A stretch of 64,000 nucleotides of DNA from Clostridia bacterium. GTDB taxonomy: Bacteria; Bacillota; Clostridia; Christensenellales; QALW01. The notes below the pieces were generated by a model. It searched no databases and was not told where the DNA came from. It saw only the letters and a program-made list of their open reading frames with translations. Made by a program: the position numbers and the translations under genes. The DNA is taken from contig JAZNSH010000065.1 in NCBI GenBank assembly GCA_045591115.1, forward strand, positions 12,322 to 76,321, given 5' to 3'. This document shows, in pieces, positions 46,203 through 55,148 of this stretch (its first letter is position 1; every line of letters starts with the position of its first letter).

Positions 46203-47219
46203 ATGCAAACAAAACAAATAGTGTTTACCGCGCCGTATACAGCTGAACTTCTTGATGTTCCGTGCTTGCCTCCCAAGGCAGATGAGGTAACGGTAAGCCT
46301 TGAATATTCGGCAATCAGTTCAGGAACAGAAAAGGCAAACTTTATCGGAGCAAGAAACGGAACGACCGTGGCTGAAGATGAAGAGATTACATTTCCAATA
46401 ACGGTTGGTTACAGTTCCGCGGGAATTGTAACTGAGATAGGCAGTGAAGTAACTGACATTAAGGTCGGGGACAGAGTTGTTGTTTATTGGGGAAAGCATA
46501 AAAAGAATATTACCATCAGCAGAAATAATGTAATTAAAATTCCCGATGAGGTTTCCACCAAGGAAGCATCTATGGCGTTGATTTCCACTTTTCCTCTTGC
46601 GGCTATAAGAAAAACGCATCTTGAAATCGGGGAATCCGCAATGGTAATGGGGCTTGGAATTCTTGGCGTTTTTGCAGTTCAGCAACTAAAGGCGGCAGGC
46701 GCGTATCCCGTTATCGCCGTTGATCCTGTGAAAGAACGCAGAGAGTTTGCTTTAAAAATGGGCGCAGATTATGTTCTTGATCCCACAAGTGATAGTTTCA
46801 CAAAAGACGTTATAGCACTAAGCGATGGCGGAGTGAATGTTTGCATCGAGGTAACCGGTCTTGGCGTTGGTTTGATTCAAGCCCTTGATTGTATGAAACA
46901 AATGGGCAGAGTTGCGCTTCTTGGTTGCACCAGAAGCTCGCATTTTGAAATTGACTATTACGGTAAGGTTCACGGCAGAGGAATATCGTTGATCGGTGCT
47001 CATACAATGGCGCGCCCGAAGAAAGAGTCATCTGCAGGCTTGTGGACAGATGCCGACGATCTTAGAGCAGTTTTAAATCTTATTAAGGGAAAACGCCTTA
47101 ATTTTAAGGATATGATTTGCGAAATTCATTCACCCAAAGAGGCAAATGAAATCTATAACAGATTAGTAACCGAAAAAAATTTCCCAATAGGTGTACTGTT
47201 TGATTGGAGGGATATTTAA
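46203..47219 (+). CDS. Medium-chain (zinc-type) alcohol/polyol dehydrogenase family protein
   Basis: GroES-like N-terminus (GDRVVVYW) and GLGILGVFAVQ Rossmann motif. Confidence 0.8.
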   Translation: MQTKQIVFTAPYTAELLDVPCLPPKADEVTVSLEYSAISSGTEKANFIGARNGTTVAEDEEITFPITVGYSSAGIVTEIGSEVTDIKVGDRVVVYWGKHKKNITISRNNVIKIPDEVSTKEASMALISTFPLAAIRKTHLEIGESAMVMGLGILGVFAVQQLKAAGAYPVIAVDPVKERREFALKMGADYVLDPTSDSFTKDVIALSDGGVNVCIEVTGLGVGLIQALDCMKQMGRVALLGCTRSSHFEIDYYGKVHGRGISLIGAHTMARPKKESSAGLWTDADDLRAVLNLIKGKRLNFKDMICEIHSPKEANEIYNRLVTEKNFPIGVLFDWRDI

Positions 47220-48212
47220 GTGGATAAAAAAGTCATGAAAGCAATTCTTGTAAATGACGATAAAAGCTTAAGATGGGATAATGTGCCATATCCCGTATTA
47301 AAGGAAGATGAAGTTTTAATAAAAGTTCAATATGCGGCACTTAACCGAGCCGACCTTATGCAACGTGAGGGCGATTATCCGCCTCCCGAAGGTTGCCCTG
47401 AATGGATGGGACTTGAAGTTTCGGGCGAGATCGTTGAAATGACGGAGAGCGCAAAGGAAAAATCAAACTATAAAATCGGTGATAAGGTTTGCGCCTTGCT
47501 TGGCGGTGGCGGTTATGCCGAGTATGTTTCCGTTGAGTGCGGTATGTGTATGCCTGTTCCAAAAAACTGTTCTATGGCTGAAGCGGCGGCAATTCCCGAA
47601 GCTTATGCAACGGCATATTTAAAATTATTTATTGAGGGCAAGGCAAAGGCGGGCGACACACTTTTAATGCAGGCAGGTGCTTCAGGTCTTGCAAGCGTAG
47701 TGATTCCTATGGCAAAAGCATTCGGTCTCCGCGTTATCACAACTGTAATTTCCGATCCTGAAAATATCAAGCATCTTGGCGCAGATTTAATTGTTGATAC
47801 AAGAAAAGAGAGTCTTCCCGAAGTTTTAAAGAACGAGGAAGAAGCAGGCAGAGCCGTTGATATTGCCATCGACTGCCTTGGCGGACAGAATTTAGGCGAT
47901 TGCCTTCCTTACGTTAAGTACGGTTGTCGTTGGATAGTTATTGCGGCACTTGCAGGCTCAAACACTACTATCGACCTTAAAAATATCTATAAAAAGAATA
48001 TTAGAATTGTTGGTAGTACCCTTCGTTCCAGAACACCCCAAATGAAAGCGCAGATCCTTTCAAGCCTTGTAAATGAAGTGTTCCCCAAGGTGGAAGACGG
48101 CTCCGTTAAGCCAACTATCCATAAGATTCTTCCCATCACCGAAGCAGAAGAAGCACACGCTATACTTTATCGCGGTGAGAATATTGGAAAGGTTGTATTA
48201 GAGCTTTTGTGA
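47220..48212 (+). CDS. NAD(P)H:quinone oxidoreductase-type MDR protein (Qor/PIG3-like)
   Basis: AALNRADLMQREGDYPPP and GASGLASVVIPMAK. GTG lies 9 nt after GGAGGG. Confidence 0.8.
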   Translation: MDKKVMKAILVNDDKSLRWDNVPYPVLKEDEVLIKVQYAALNRADLMQREGDYPPPEGCPEWMGLEVSGEIVEMTESAKEKSNYKIGDKVCALLGGGGYAEYVSVECGMCMPVPKNCSMAEAAAIPEAYATAYLKLFIEGKAKAGDTLLMQAGASGLASVVIPMAKAFGLRVITTVISDPENIKHLGADLIVDTRKESLPEVLKNEEEAGRAVDIAIDCLGGQNLGDCLPYVKYGCRWIVIAALAGSNTTIDLKNIYKKNIRIVGSTLRSRTPQMKAQILSSLVNEVFPKVEDGSVKPTIHKILPITEAEEAHAILYRGENIGKVVLELL

Positions 48213-48859
48213 AAATCGTAGCGTTAAAATACGGAGAGTCCGTTTTTGGAGAAAACTTTATTTTTAAAGGCGGAAATAAAGAGAAGTTATTGCCGATTTC
48301 ATTTACAATTTATTTGATACAAACCGAAAATAAAAATATTCTTGTTGACGTAGGCTGTGATGACGGCGCAGGCTTTGAAATGTCCCAATTCCAAAAACCC
48401 GTTGATGTTTTAAAAGAGTATGGGCTTTTGCCAAATAACATCACCGATGTTATCATTACTCATTCGCATCACGACCACATAGAAGCTATCAAGTATTACA
48501 CAAATGCCGTTATACACATTCAAAAAAACGAATATATTGAAGCGAAAAAGTATATTCCCGAAAAATTTAATGTACATTTTTTCGATGATCAATTTTTATT
48601 GGATGAGAACGTAATAATAAAGAAAATCGGTGGACATTCTATAGGCTCTTGTGTCGTTTTGGCAGATAACTACCTACTTGTTGGCGATGAGTGTTATTAT
48701 GAAAAATGCTTGACGGATAAAATTTGCACCGGCGCCTCATACGATGAAAAGCTTAGCCGGAGGTTTATTGAAGAATTCAGTAATAATAAAATCATTCCGC
48801 TTCTGTTCCACGATCCTAACATTATGCCGGGATATATCGGCTATAAGATTATTAAATAA
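48209..48859 (+). CDS. MBL-fold metallo-hydrolase (lactonase-like)
   Basis: ITHSHHDH metal motif. The start overlaps the upstream stop. Confidence 0.75.
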   Translation: MKIVALKYGESVFGENFIFKGGNKEKLLPISFTIYLIQTENKNILVDVGCDDGAGFEMSQFQKPVDVLKEYGLLPNNITDVIITHSHHDHIEAIKYYTNAVIHIQKNEYIEAKKYIPEKFNVHFFDDQFLLDENVIIKKIGGHSIGSCVVLADNYLLVGDECYYEKCLTDKICTGASYDEKLSRRFIEEFSNNKIIPLLFHDPNIMPGYIGYKIIK

Positions 48860-48866
48860 TACAAAG

Positions 48867-48900
48867 AAAACCGAACCCAATTGCTTGGGTTCGGTTTTTT
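48867..48900. terminator. Bidirectional terminator between the convergent operons
   Basis: A 14-bp stem (aaaaccgaacccaa/ttgggttcggtttt) with a 4-nt loop, then a T-run. Confidence 0.88.
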
Positions 48901-48911
48901 GTGAATATTTT

Positions 48912-51023
48912 TTAGTACTCAATAATCTCAACGTTTTTAACTTCTGTTATAAGTTTAACGCTCTTGGGAATGGCGATAGTATATTTGCCATTCTCTTTCT
49001 TTACTGCGATAAGACCTTTCTTTGTTGGAACAACGCCTTTATAGTTTTCAAGTGTTTCAGCGGGAGAGAAAAGCACTTCCTCATAGCCTGATTTATTGGG
49101 ACGAATACCTAAAACGTATGCACCAAAGAGATAACAACAGCCTGATGCCCAACCGTGTGCAGGGATATGCCATCTTTTTGTTTCGTCATTGGAGATAAAC
49201 TCCCAAAAAGTTTCAGCACCTTTTTTAAGCATACCGCCCCAGCAACGCTTTATAAGATCAAGTGCGTTTTCTTCATCCTCATTTAAGAAGCGTGCTTCTG
49301 CTTCATACATATTCATAACAGGAGAAATTGTACGATATTCATCACGAATTTTAAGCGAATCTGAATTTATCATTGATGCACCGTAGGGCGTCCAGGTTTC
49401 CTTTTTAAGGGTTTCTAAAATTTCCTTTGTGCGTTTTTCATCGGAAATACCGAAAAGCACTGCAACGGCATTACCGTCTTCGGGGATATAAGTTGTATCA
49501 TAGCCGTCAAGATATGCTTTTTTATCTTCGCTCCACAAATGCTCGTTTATTGCATCTTTAACATTTTGGGCTAAATTGCGCCACTTTTCACCTTGGGAGT
49601 CAGAAAGAATATCGGAAAACTCTGCCATAACAAGCAAGCATTTATATAAAAGGGCATTTAATAAAGGCTTTTCGCCTAAACGGTCAGGGGAAGAATTATA
49701 TTCTACCGGACTGCAGTCCTGATACATAGGTGCTGAGAAAACGGGGAACTGATAGATAAGATAACGTGAATTCATTTTCTCTATAAGCCAGTTCAAGCAA
49801 GTGGTTAATTCATCAAAGTATTTTTTAACGAAATCTGTATCGTTAAAATATAAATAGTGATTGTATGCAATTAAAATTCGCCAGGCAGGGTAATCCCACA
49901 AACCTACGTTACGTTCAACTGTGTCATGACGCAAGCCGAGGTTTGATGCAATCTCGGTTAAAGACATTGAAGAATCAACAAGGGAACCGTCATTGAAAGT
50001 ATAGTAGTCAACGAGAGCCTCAATGATTGCATCGCCCGAGAAGAATTTCATTTCATTTCGTGGACAGCTTTCATATTCCTGGTGCATATTTACCAAAAGT
50101 GTATATTTGCCAACCTGCCAAGCTCTATTTAAAATTTCGTCTTCACTTTCAAAATGTCCCAAGGAATTATTGGGCTTCATACTTAAAATAAGCTTTATGC
50201 TTTTGATTTTTACGTTTTCATCGCACGTAACTTTTAAAAATCTGAAAGCGCGGCGTCTTAAAACAATATGAGAGTGATTGCCCTTTTTTACGTCTTCAAC
50301 GATTTTTAAACGCTTTATTATGGGCATTTCATTTATGAGATCGTTAACAGATTCGGTATAATCAAAGGTAAAGGTAATTTTGCTGTCCGTTTCCGCTTCA
50401 TAGTCAACTAAAAGATAGCCAACGTATAATCTGCCAAGTTCATAGATATTATCGTAGATAAGATCTTTTATTTCAATAATTCCGTTAGTCTTTTCGTTGG
50501 GGTTATAATCGCTTCCGATAAGGGCTTTAACGGCATCGTTTACCTCTATATCCTTCTGCTCGTTCCACAAAGCGGAAGTAATCCAGAAACGCTCATATTC
50601 AGCCTTTGTAACCTCTGAAAAGAAATGAAGCTCGTCTTCACATTGCCAGGACATATCCGTTACGGTAGTTTTACCGTCAATTATAATTTCTGCGGCAACA
50701 CTTGAAAACATCTTGCCGGAAGATGCAAAAACATTATTGAAAACAGGCTGATAAAAGTGATTGCCAAGCTTTAACTCAATTAAGTTTTCGCCTTTATTTA
50801 AAAGGGAAGTAAATTCAAAAGCGCAAATGCGGTTAACGTATCTGCCCGTTGTTGCTTCCAAAAATTTGCCGTTAACAAATATACCGCAAACGCCAACTGA
50901 ATCAATGCGGATAATGGCTTTTTCAGGTGTGTTTTCAAGAACGATCTTTTTTGAAATTATCGACCATTCGCTACCTGAATGTTTTATATTACCTATTCTT
51001 TTAATGCTTGTAAGATTATCCAT
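48912..51023 (-). CDS. Cytoplasmic six-hairpin glycoside hydrolase, alpha-L-rhamnosidase (GH78)-like
   Basis: No signal peptide. The N-terminal beta-sandwich pattern is VCGIFVNGKF...LNKGENLIELKLGNHF. The C-terminal ETFWEF...HGWASG...GIRP pattern resembles bacterial rhamnosidases. Confidence 0.55.
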   Translation of the reverse strand: MDNLTSIKRIGNIKHSGSEWSIISKKIVLENTPEKAIIRIDSVGVCGIFVNGKFLEATTGRYVNRICAFEFTSLLNKGENLIELKLGNHFYQPVFNNVFASSGKMFSSVAAEIIIDGKTTVTDMSWQCEDELHFFSEVTKAEYERFWITSALWNEQKDIEVNDAVKALIGSDYNPNEKTNGIIEIKDLIYDNIYELGRLYVGYLLVDYEAETDSKITFTFDYTESVNDLINEMPIIKRLKIVEDVKKGNHSHIVLRRRAFRFLKVTCDENVKIKSIKLILSMKPNNSLGHFESEDEILNRAWQVGKYTLLVNMHQEYESCPRNEMKFFSGDAIIEALVDYYTFNDGSLVDSSMSLTEIASNLGLRHDTVERNVGLWDYPAWRILIAYNHYLYFNDTDFVKKYFDELTTCLNWLIEKMNSRYLIYQFPVFSAPMYQDCSPVEYNSSPDRLGEKPLLNALLYKCLLVMAEFSDILSDSQGEKWRNLAQNVKDAINEHLWSEDKKAYLDGYDTTYIPEDGNAVAVLFGISDEKRTKEILETLKKETWTPYGASMINSDSLKIRDEYRTISPVMNMYEAEARFLNEDEENALDLIKRCWGGMLKKGAETFWEFISNDETKRWHIPAHGWASGCCYLFGAYVLGIRPNKSGYEEVLFSPAETLENYKGVVPTKKGLIAVKKENGKYTIAIPKSVKLITEVKNVEIIEY

Positions 51024-51026
51024 TTT

Positions 51027-52283
51027 TTATTCCTCGGTTTCAATGTTTTTTTCGTTTTTTGTAACTTTTACGGAAATAACACGTCTTGAATCAGATTCTT
51101 CAATAACAAAATCAAGATGCTCAAAAGTGAATTTATCGTTGACGGAGGGGATACGTTCTAACTGCTCCATTATCCAACCGCCCAAGGAAATACTTTCGGT
51201 TTCTTCAGGCTCAAGCTCAAAAAATTCACAGAATTCTTCAAAGTTGGTGGCACAATCAACGAGATAAGTGTTTTCGCCTACTGATGTGAACTGTTCAACA
51301 ACTTCATCGTGCTCATCCCAGATATCGCCAACAAGCTCTTCAAGGATATCTTCCATCGTAACGATGCCCAGCGTTCCGCCATATTCATCAACAACAACAG
51401 CAATATGTGATTTTTCCTGCTGCAACTGCTTAAGAAGATCATCGATCTTTTCAAACTTATGTATAAATAATGGGGGCGACATAATTGTGCTGATATCGTC
51501 CTTCAAAATGCCGTTGTCCTTATAAAAATCCTTTAAGTGAATAACACCGACTATGTCATCAATGTTTTCGTTATAAACAAGTAATCTTGAAAAACGTGTG
51601 TCTGAAAACTTTTGGGCAATTTCTTCCTTAGGCGCATCCTGAGCCACTGCTTCAATATCAACACGGTGGGTGAGAATATCCTCTGCACGGATCTCGGTAA
51701 ATTCAATGGCGTTTCTTAAAAGATCGCCCTCGTCAGTATCAATTCCGCCCTCTTGCTCAGCCTCATCAACGATCATTAAGAGCTCTTCCTGGGACATTTT
51801 ATCTTCTTCCTCAGATTTAAAAAGCTTTGAAACGAGCTTTTTCCAGCCGGAGAAGATCGCACATATGGGGGTAAGAATCCATATAAGCAAACGGATAAAG
51901 GGAGAGGAGAACATTGCAAACTTTTCAGGAGAATCCTTTGCAATGCTCTTGGGTGTTATCTCACCGAAAATAAGAACAAGCACAGTAACAACTATTGTTG
52001 AAACAGTTGCGCCCAATTCCTGATCACCGTTTAAAATTTTTACGAACAAAACGGTGCTGATGGAAGCAACTGCAATGTTTACGATATTGTTTCCTATCAA
52101 GATGGTGGAGATAAGCTTATCGTAATTGTCTGAAAGCTTGCAGGCAAGGGCAGCTCTTTTATTTCCCTTTTCAGCCATCGCCTTTAGCCTTGTTTTATTT
52201 AGTGATGAAAAGGCAGTTTCGGTTGCTGAGAAGTATGCTGAAAATATAATGCATAAAACCATCAGAATAATTTGTACAGTCAT
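51027..52283 (-). CDS. CNNM/CorC-HlyC family transporter (DUF21 + CBS pair + CorC_HlyC)
   Basis: ITPKSIAKD in the TM domain and [37 protein letters not shown] 52283 lies 7 nt after AAGGAG. The ORF start at 52313 lies inside a hairpin. Confidence 0.9.
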   Translation of the reverse strand: MTVQIILMVLCIIFSAYFSATETAFSSLNKTRLKAMAEKGNKRAALACKLSDNYDKLISTILIGNNIVNIAVASISTVLFVKILNGDQELGATVSTIVVTVLVLIFGEITPKSIAKDSPEKFAMFSSPFIRLLIWILTPICAIFSGWKKLVSKLFKSEEEDKMSQEELLMIVDEAEQEGGIDTDEGDLLRNAIEFTEIRAEDILTHRVDIEAVAQDAPKEEIAQKFSDTRFSRLLVYNENIDDIVGVIHLKDFYKDNGILKDDISTIMSPPLFIHKFEKIDDLLKQLQQEKSHIAVVVDEYGGTLGIVTMEDILEELVGDIWDEHDEVVEQFTSVGENTYLVDCATNFEEFCEFFELEPEETESISLGGWIMEQLERIPSVNDKFTFEHLDFVIEESDSRRVISVKVTKNEKNIETEE

Positions 52284-52304
52284 TTTTTTACTCCTTAAAA
52301 ATGT

Positions 52305-52344
52305 AAAAAGCACACCTATACCAAAATCATCGGTTTAGATGTGC
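52305..52344 (-). terminator. Intrinsic terminator / attenuator hairpin in the CNNM leader
   Basis: On the minus strand: a 9-bp stem gcacatcta/taggtgtgc (one G-U pair), a 17-nt loop, then UUUUU. The hairpin ends 21 nt before the CNNM start codon. Confidence 0.6.
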
Positions 52345-52398
52345 TATATTTTTATGAAACTTACAGTAGTTATCTTCGTCGCTACTGTCGCTATCCAT
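52327..52398 (-). CDS. Candidate 23-codon leader peptide (MDSDSSDEDNYCKFHKNIAHLNR)
   Basis: AAGGAG lies 9 nt upstream of the ATG. The last codons form the 5' arm of the terminator hairpin, and the stop codon lies in its loop. Confidence 0.35.
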   Translation of the reverse strand: MDSDSSDEDNYCKFHKNIAHLNR

Positions 52399-52432
52399 AA
52401 TAAAAAACTCCTTAAAAGTTAATTTCAAGTAT

Positions 52433-52460
52433 ATTTTAACAAAAATATTTTATTTGTCAA
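52433..52460 (-). promoter_or_regulatory. Sigma-A-like promoter for the leader ORF and CNNM gene
   Basis: On the minus strand: TTGACA (inside the last CDF codons), a 16-nt spacer ending in TGT, then TAAAAT. Confidence 0.5.
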
Positions 52461-53643
52461 GTGTTTGTGTGAAATCGTGATCTACCTGAATCACCGTTGA
52501 AAAACGGCAGTCTGTCTCTTGGATCCTTGAACGTAGCTTCTGTGTGATGTGTTTTGTTATTTCAGGCTTTTCATCAAATGGAACTACCATATCGAAAATA
52601 ATATTCATATTGTTATCACCTTTTGTCATTCTGAGGTCGTGAATGGTATAACAACAGTTTTCGTCCTTGAATACATCATATACAAGTGATTTTATATTAT
52701 TCAGAATAGGATCGTCAGAGCAGATAGGGTCCATATGAATGGTTATTTCGCAACCGGTTTTTTGCAAAATATTTTTTTCGGTGAAATCTATAACCTCGTG
52801 AACGGAAATAACGTCAGAAGTGCTTTCAATTTCAGCGTGAACCGATGCAAAGAGTCTGCCGGGACCGTAATCGTGGATGATAAGATCGTGAATATCGAGA
52901 ATTTCAGGAGTCTCAAGGAGCATAGAGGTTATTGCCTCAACAGTTTCCTTTTCAGGGGCTTTGCCCAACAATATACCAACCGTATCTTTTGCAACAGAAA
53001 AGCCTGCATAGATGATCAAAAGAGAAACCAAGGCACCAACATAACCGTCAATAACAAAGGGCAGAAGCTGAAGCCCGTCAATTATGGCTGAAGCAATTAC
53101 CGCGCTTGTTGCAATGGCATCGTTGCGGCTGTCAACTGCGGTGGCAATAAGTGTTGGCGAGGAAATAGCCTTTCCCATAAACTTATTTACGCCATACATA
53201 AAAAGCTTAACGGGAACGGATATTATGAGAATACCCATTAAAAGCCAGTTAACGCCTGATGAAGCAACGGGATTAAGAATCTTATCAAAGGAAGATTTAA
53301 AAAGCTCAAAGCCAACAAGCATAATGATAAAAGCAACGATAAGTGCTGAGATATATTCAAATCTTCCGTGACCGAAGGGATGATCGCGGTCAGGCTTTTT
53401 ATTGCTCAGCTTAATGCCGATAACGGAAATGATTGTCGAACCCATATCGGAGAAGTTATTGAAGGCATCGGAAATTACCGCAACACTTCCGATTATGAAG
53501 CCAACGGAAACCTTAATAATGAAAAGAATGAGGTTGCAGATAATTCCCAAAGCACCTGAAAGCAAGCCATACTTTTGGCGCACAACGGAATTGTTAACGT
53601 CCTTATAATCTTTTATAAAAAGTTTTGTAAATGCTTTAAACAT
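52450..53643 (-). CDS. Cation diffusion facilitator (CDF) family transporter
   Basis: SDAFNNFSD and DRDHPFGHGRFEY motifs. ATG 53643 follows AAAGGTG. Confidence 0.9.
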   Translation of the reverse strand: MFKAFTKLFIKDYKDVNNSVVRQKYGLLSGALGIICNLILFIIKVSVGFIIGSVAVISDAFNNFSDMGSTIISVIGIKLSNKKPDRDHPFGHGRFEYISALIVAFIIMLVGFELFKSSFDKILNPVASSGVNWLLMGILIISVPVKLFMYGVNKFMGKAISSPTLIATAVDSRNDAIATSAVIASAIIDGLQLLPFVIDGYVGALVSLLIIYAGFSVAKDTVGILLGKAPEKETVEAITSMLLETPEILDIHDLIIHDYGPGRLFASVHAEIESTSDVISVHEVIDFTEKNILQKTGCEITIHMDPICSDDPILNNIKSLVYDVFKDENCCYTIHDLRMTKGDNNMNIIFDMVVPFDEKPEITKHITQKLRSRIQETDCRFSTVIQVDHDFTQTLDK

Positions 53644-53675
53644 AAAAAACACCTTTGAAAATCAAATTTTTATGT

Positions 53676-53704
53676 ATTATATCACAAATACCATATTCTG
53701 TCAG
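53676..53704 (-). promoter_or_regulatory. Sigma-A-like promoter for the CDF gene
   Basis: On the minus strand: CTGACA, a 17-nt spacer ending in TGA, then TATAAT. Confidence 0.5.
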
Positions 53705-53786
53705 GAAAAATACACAAAATTATCTCTGTTCAAAATCAATATAATGTGCTATAATATAACAAAAGTATTACAACGGAGGATGCAAA

Positions 53787-54029
53787 ATGCGTCTTGATAA
53801 GTTTTTGAAGGTATCCCGCATTATAAAACGCAGAACGGTTTCCAACGATGCTTGTGATGCAGGCAGAGTAAGCATCAACGGAAAAGTGCAGAAGGCAGGA
53901 TATCAAGTGAAGGAAGGAGACGTTATCTCCATAACCTTCGGCGATAAAACCCATTCCTTTAAAATATTGCTTACCGATGAAAGCGTTCAGAGAAAAACGG
54001 GCGCGCCTATGTTTGAGGAAATACAATGA
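53787..54029 (+). CDS. RNA-binding S4 domain protein
   Basis: MRLDKFLKVSRIIKRRT...GRVSINGK is an S4 pattern, 80 aa. Confidence 0.85.
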   Translation: MRLDKFLKVSRIIKRRTVSNDACDAGRVSINGKVQKAGYQVKEGDVISITFGDKTHSFKILLTDESVQRKTGAPMFEEIQ

Positions 54030-55135
54030 TCTGCGCGCTGATTCCTGCGGCGGGAAGCGGAAGCCGCACAAAATTAAATGAGAATAAAATATTTTTCCGT
54101 ATTGATAATGAAACTATTATCGAAAAGACGGTAAACTGTTTTTTAGAGCATAAGCGTGTAGACGGTGTTGCGGTCATCTGTGCTGAAAAGGATGAAGAAC
54201 GGTTAAAAGAGCTTTTGGGCGAAAAGGTTCAGTATATCCGTGGCGGAAGCACAAGAGGAGAATCTGTGCTTAACGGATTAAAGGCCATTGAAGATGAATT
54301 TGATACAGTTCTCGTTCACGATGGCGCAAGACCTTTTATTACCGAAGAAATAATTGATCGAGTAATAGATAATATAAAAGAAGGTCAAGGCGCAATAGCA
54401 GGAGTAAAGGTCACCGATACAATTAAGTTGACGGACGAAAATGCAGTAGTTATTTCAACGCCTCAACGTGAAAAGCTCTGGGCAGCGCAGACACCTCAAG
54501 GCTTTTTAACAAAAGAGCTTATTTCAGCCTATGAAAAAGCAGGCACGGGTATGACTGATGACGGTGCTGTGTTTGAGTTTGCAGGATTTTCGGTGAAAAT
54601 GGTTGAGGGTGCATATTCAAACAAAAAAATTACGACCGAGGATGATGTTAAAATGCCTGAAAGGTGTTTTGTTGGTATAGGCTATGACGTACACGCGCTC
54701 TGTGAGGGCAGACCGCTTATTATAGGCGGTGTAAATATTCCTTATGACCGTGGGTTAAAGGGACATTCTGATGCTGATGTGCTTCTTCATTCAATAATGG
54801 ATGCTTTATTAGGTGCTTCAGGCTTAGGCGATATAGGCAGGCACTTTCCCGATACGGATGAAAAATATAAGGGGATTGACAGTATGCTTCTTTTCAGGCA
54901 CGTCATTGCTCTTTTAAAGGAAAATGGGTTCAGCGTAGGTAATATCAGCGCAATAGTAGTTGCGCAAAAGCCAAAGCTTAAGCCGTATATAGAAGAAATG
55001 AATAAAAATATTGCGTTAAATGCAGGCATAGAAGTTTCAAGAGTAAACGTTGCGGCAACCACCACCGAGAGGCTTGGCTTTGAGGGTAGGGAAGAAGGCA
55101 TAAGTGCTCAGGCAACAGTAACGCTAATCAGATAA
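54026..55135 (+). CDS. ispDF: Bifunctional IspD/IspF (MEP cytidylyltransferase / MEcPP synthase)
   Basis: N-terminal ALIPAAGSGSR is the IspD signature. C-terminal GIGYDVHAL...GHSDADVLLHSIMDALLGA is the IspF signature. ATGA overlap with the S4 gene. Confidence 0.9.
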   Translation: MICALIPAAGSGSRTKLNENKIFFRIDNETIIEKTVNCFLEHKRVDGVAVICAEKDEERLKELLGEKVQYIRGGSTRGESVLNGLKAIEDEFDTVLVHDGARPFITEEIIDRVIDNIKEGQGAIAGVKVTDTIKLTDENAVVISTPQREKLWAAQTPQGFLTKELISAYEKAGTGMTDDGAVFEFAGFSVKMVEGAYSNKKITTEDDVKMPERCFVGIGYDVHALCEGRPLIIGGVNIPYDRGLKGHSDADVLLHSIMDALLGASGLGDIGRHFPDTDEKYKGIDSMLLFRHVIALLKENGFSVGNISAIVVAQKPKLKPYIEEMNKNIALNAGIEVSRVNVAATTTERLGFEGREEGISAQATVTLIR

Positions 55136-55148
55136 ATGAGAGGTATAT

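Noticed and set aside
52284-52449. A possible M-box (Mg) riboswitch in the roughly 165-nt CNNM leader.
   Set aside because: No GTTAGGTGAGG-like core or multi-helix architecture is present. The small-ORF-plus-terminator reading fits better.
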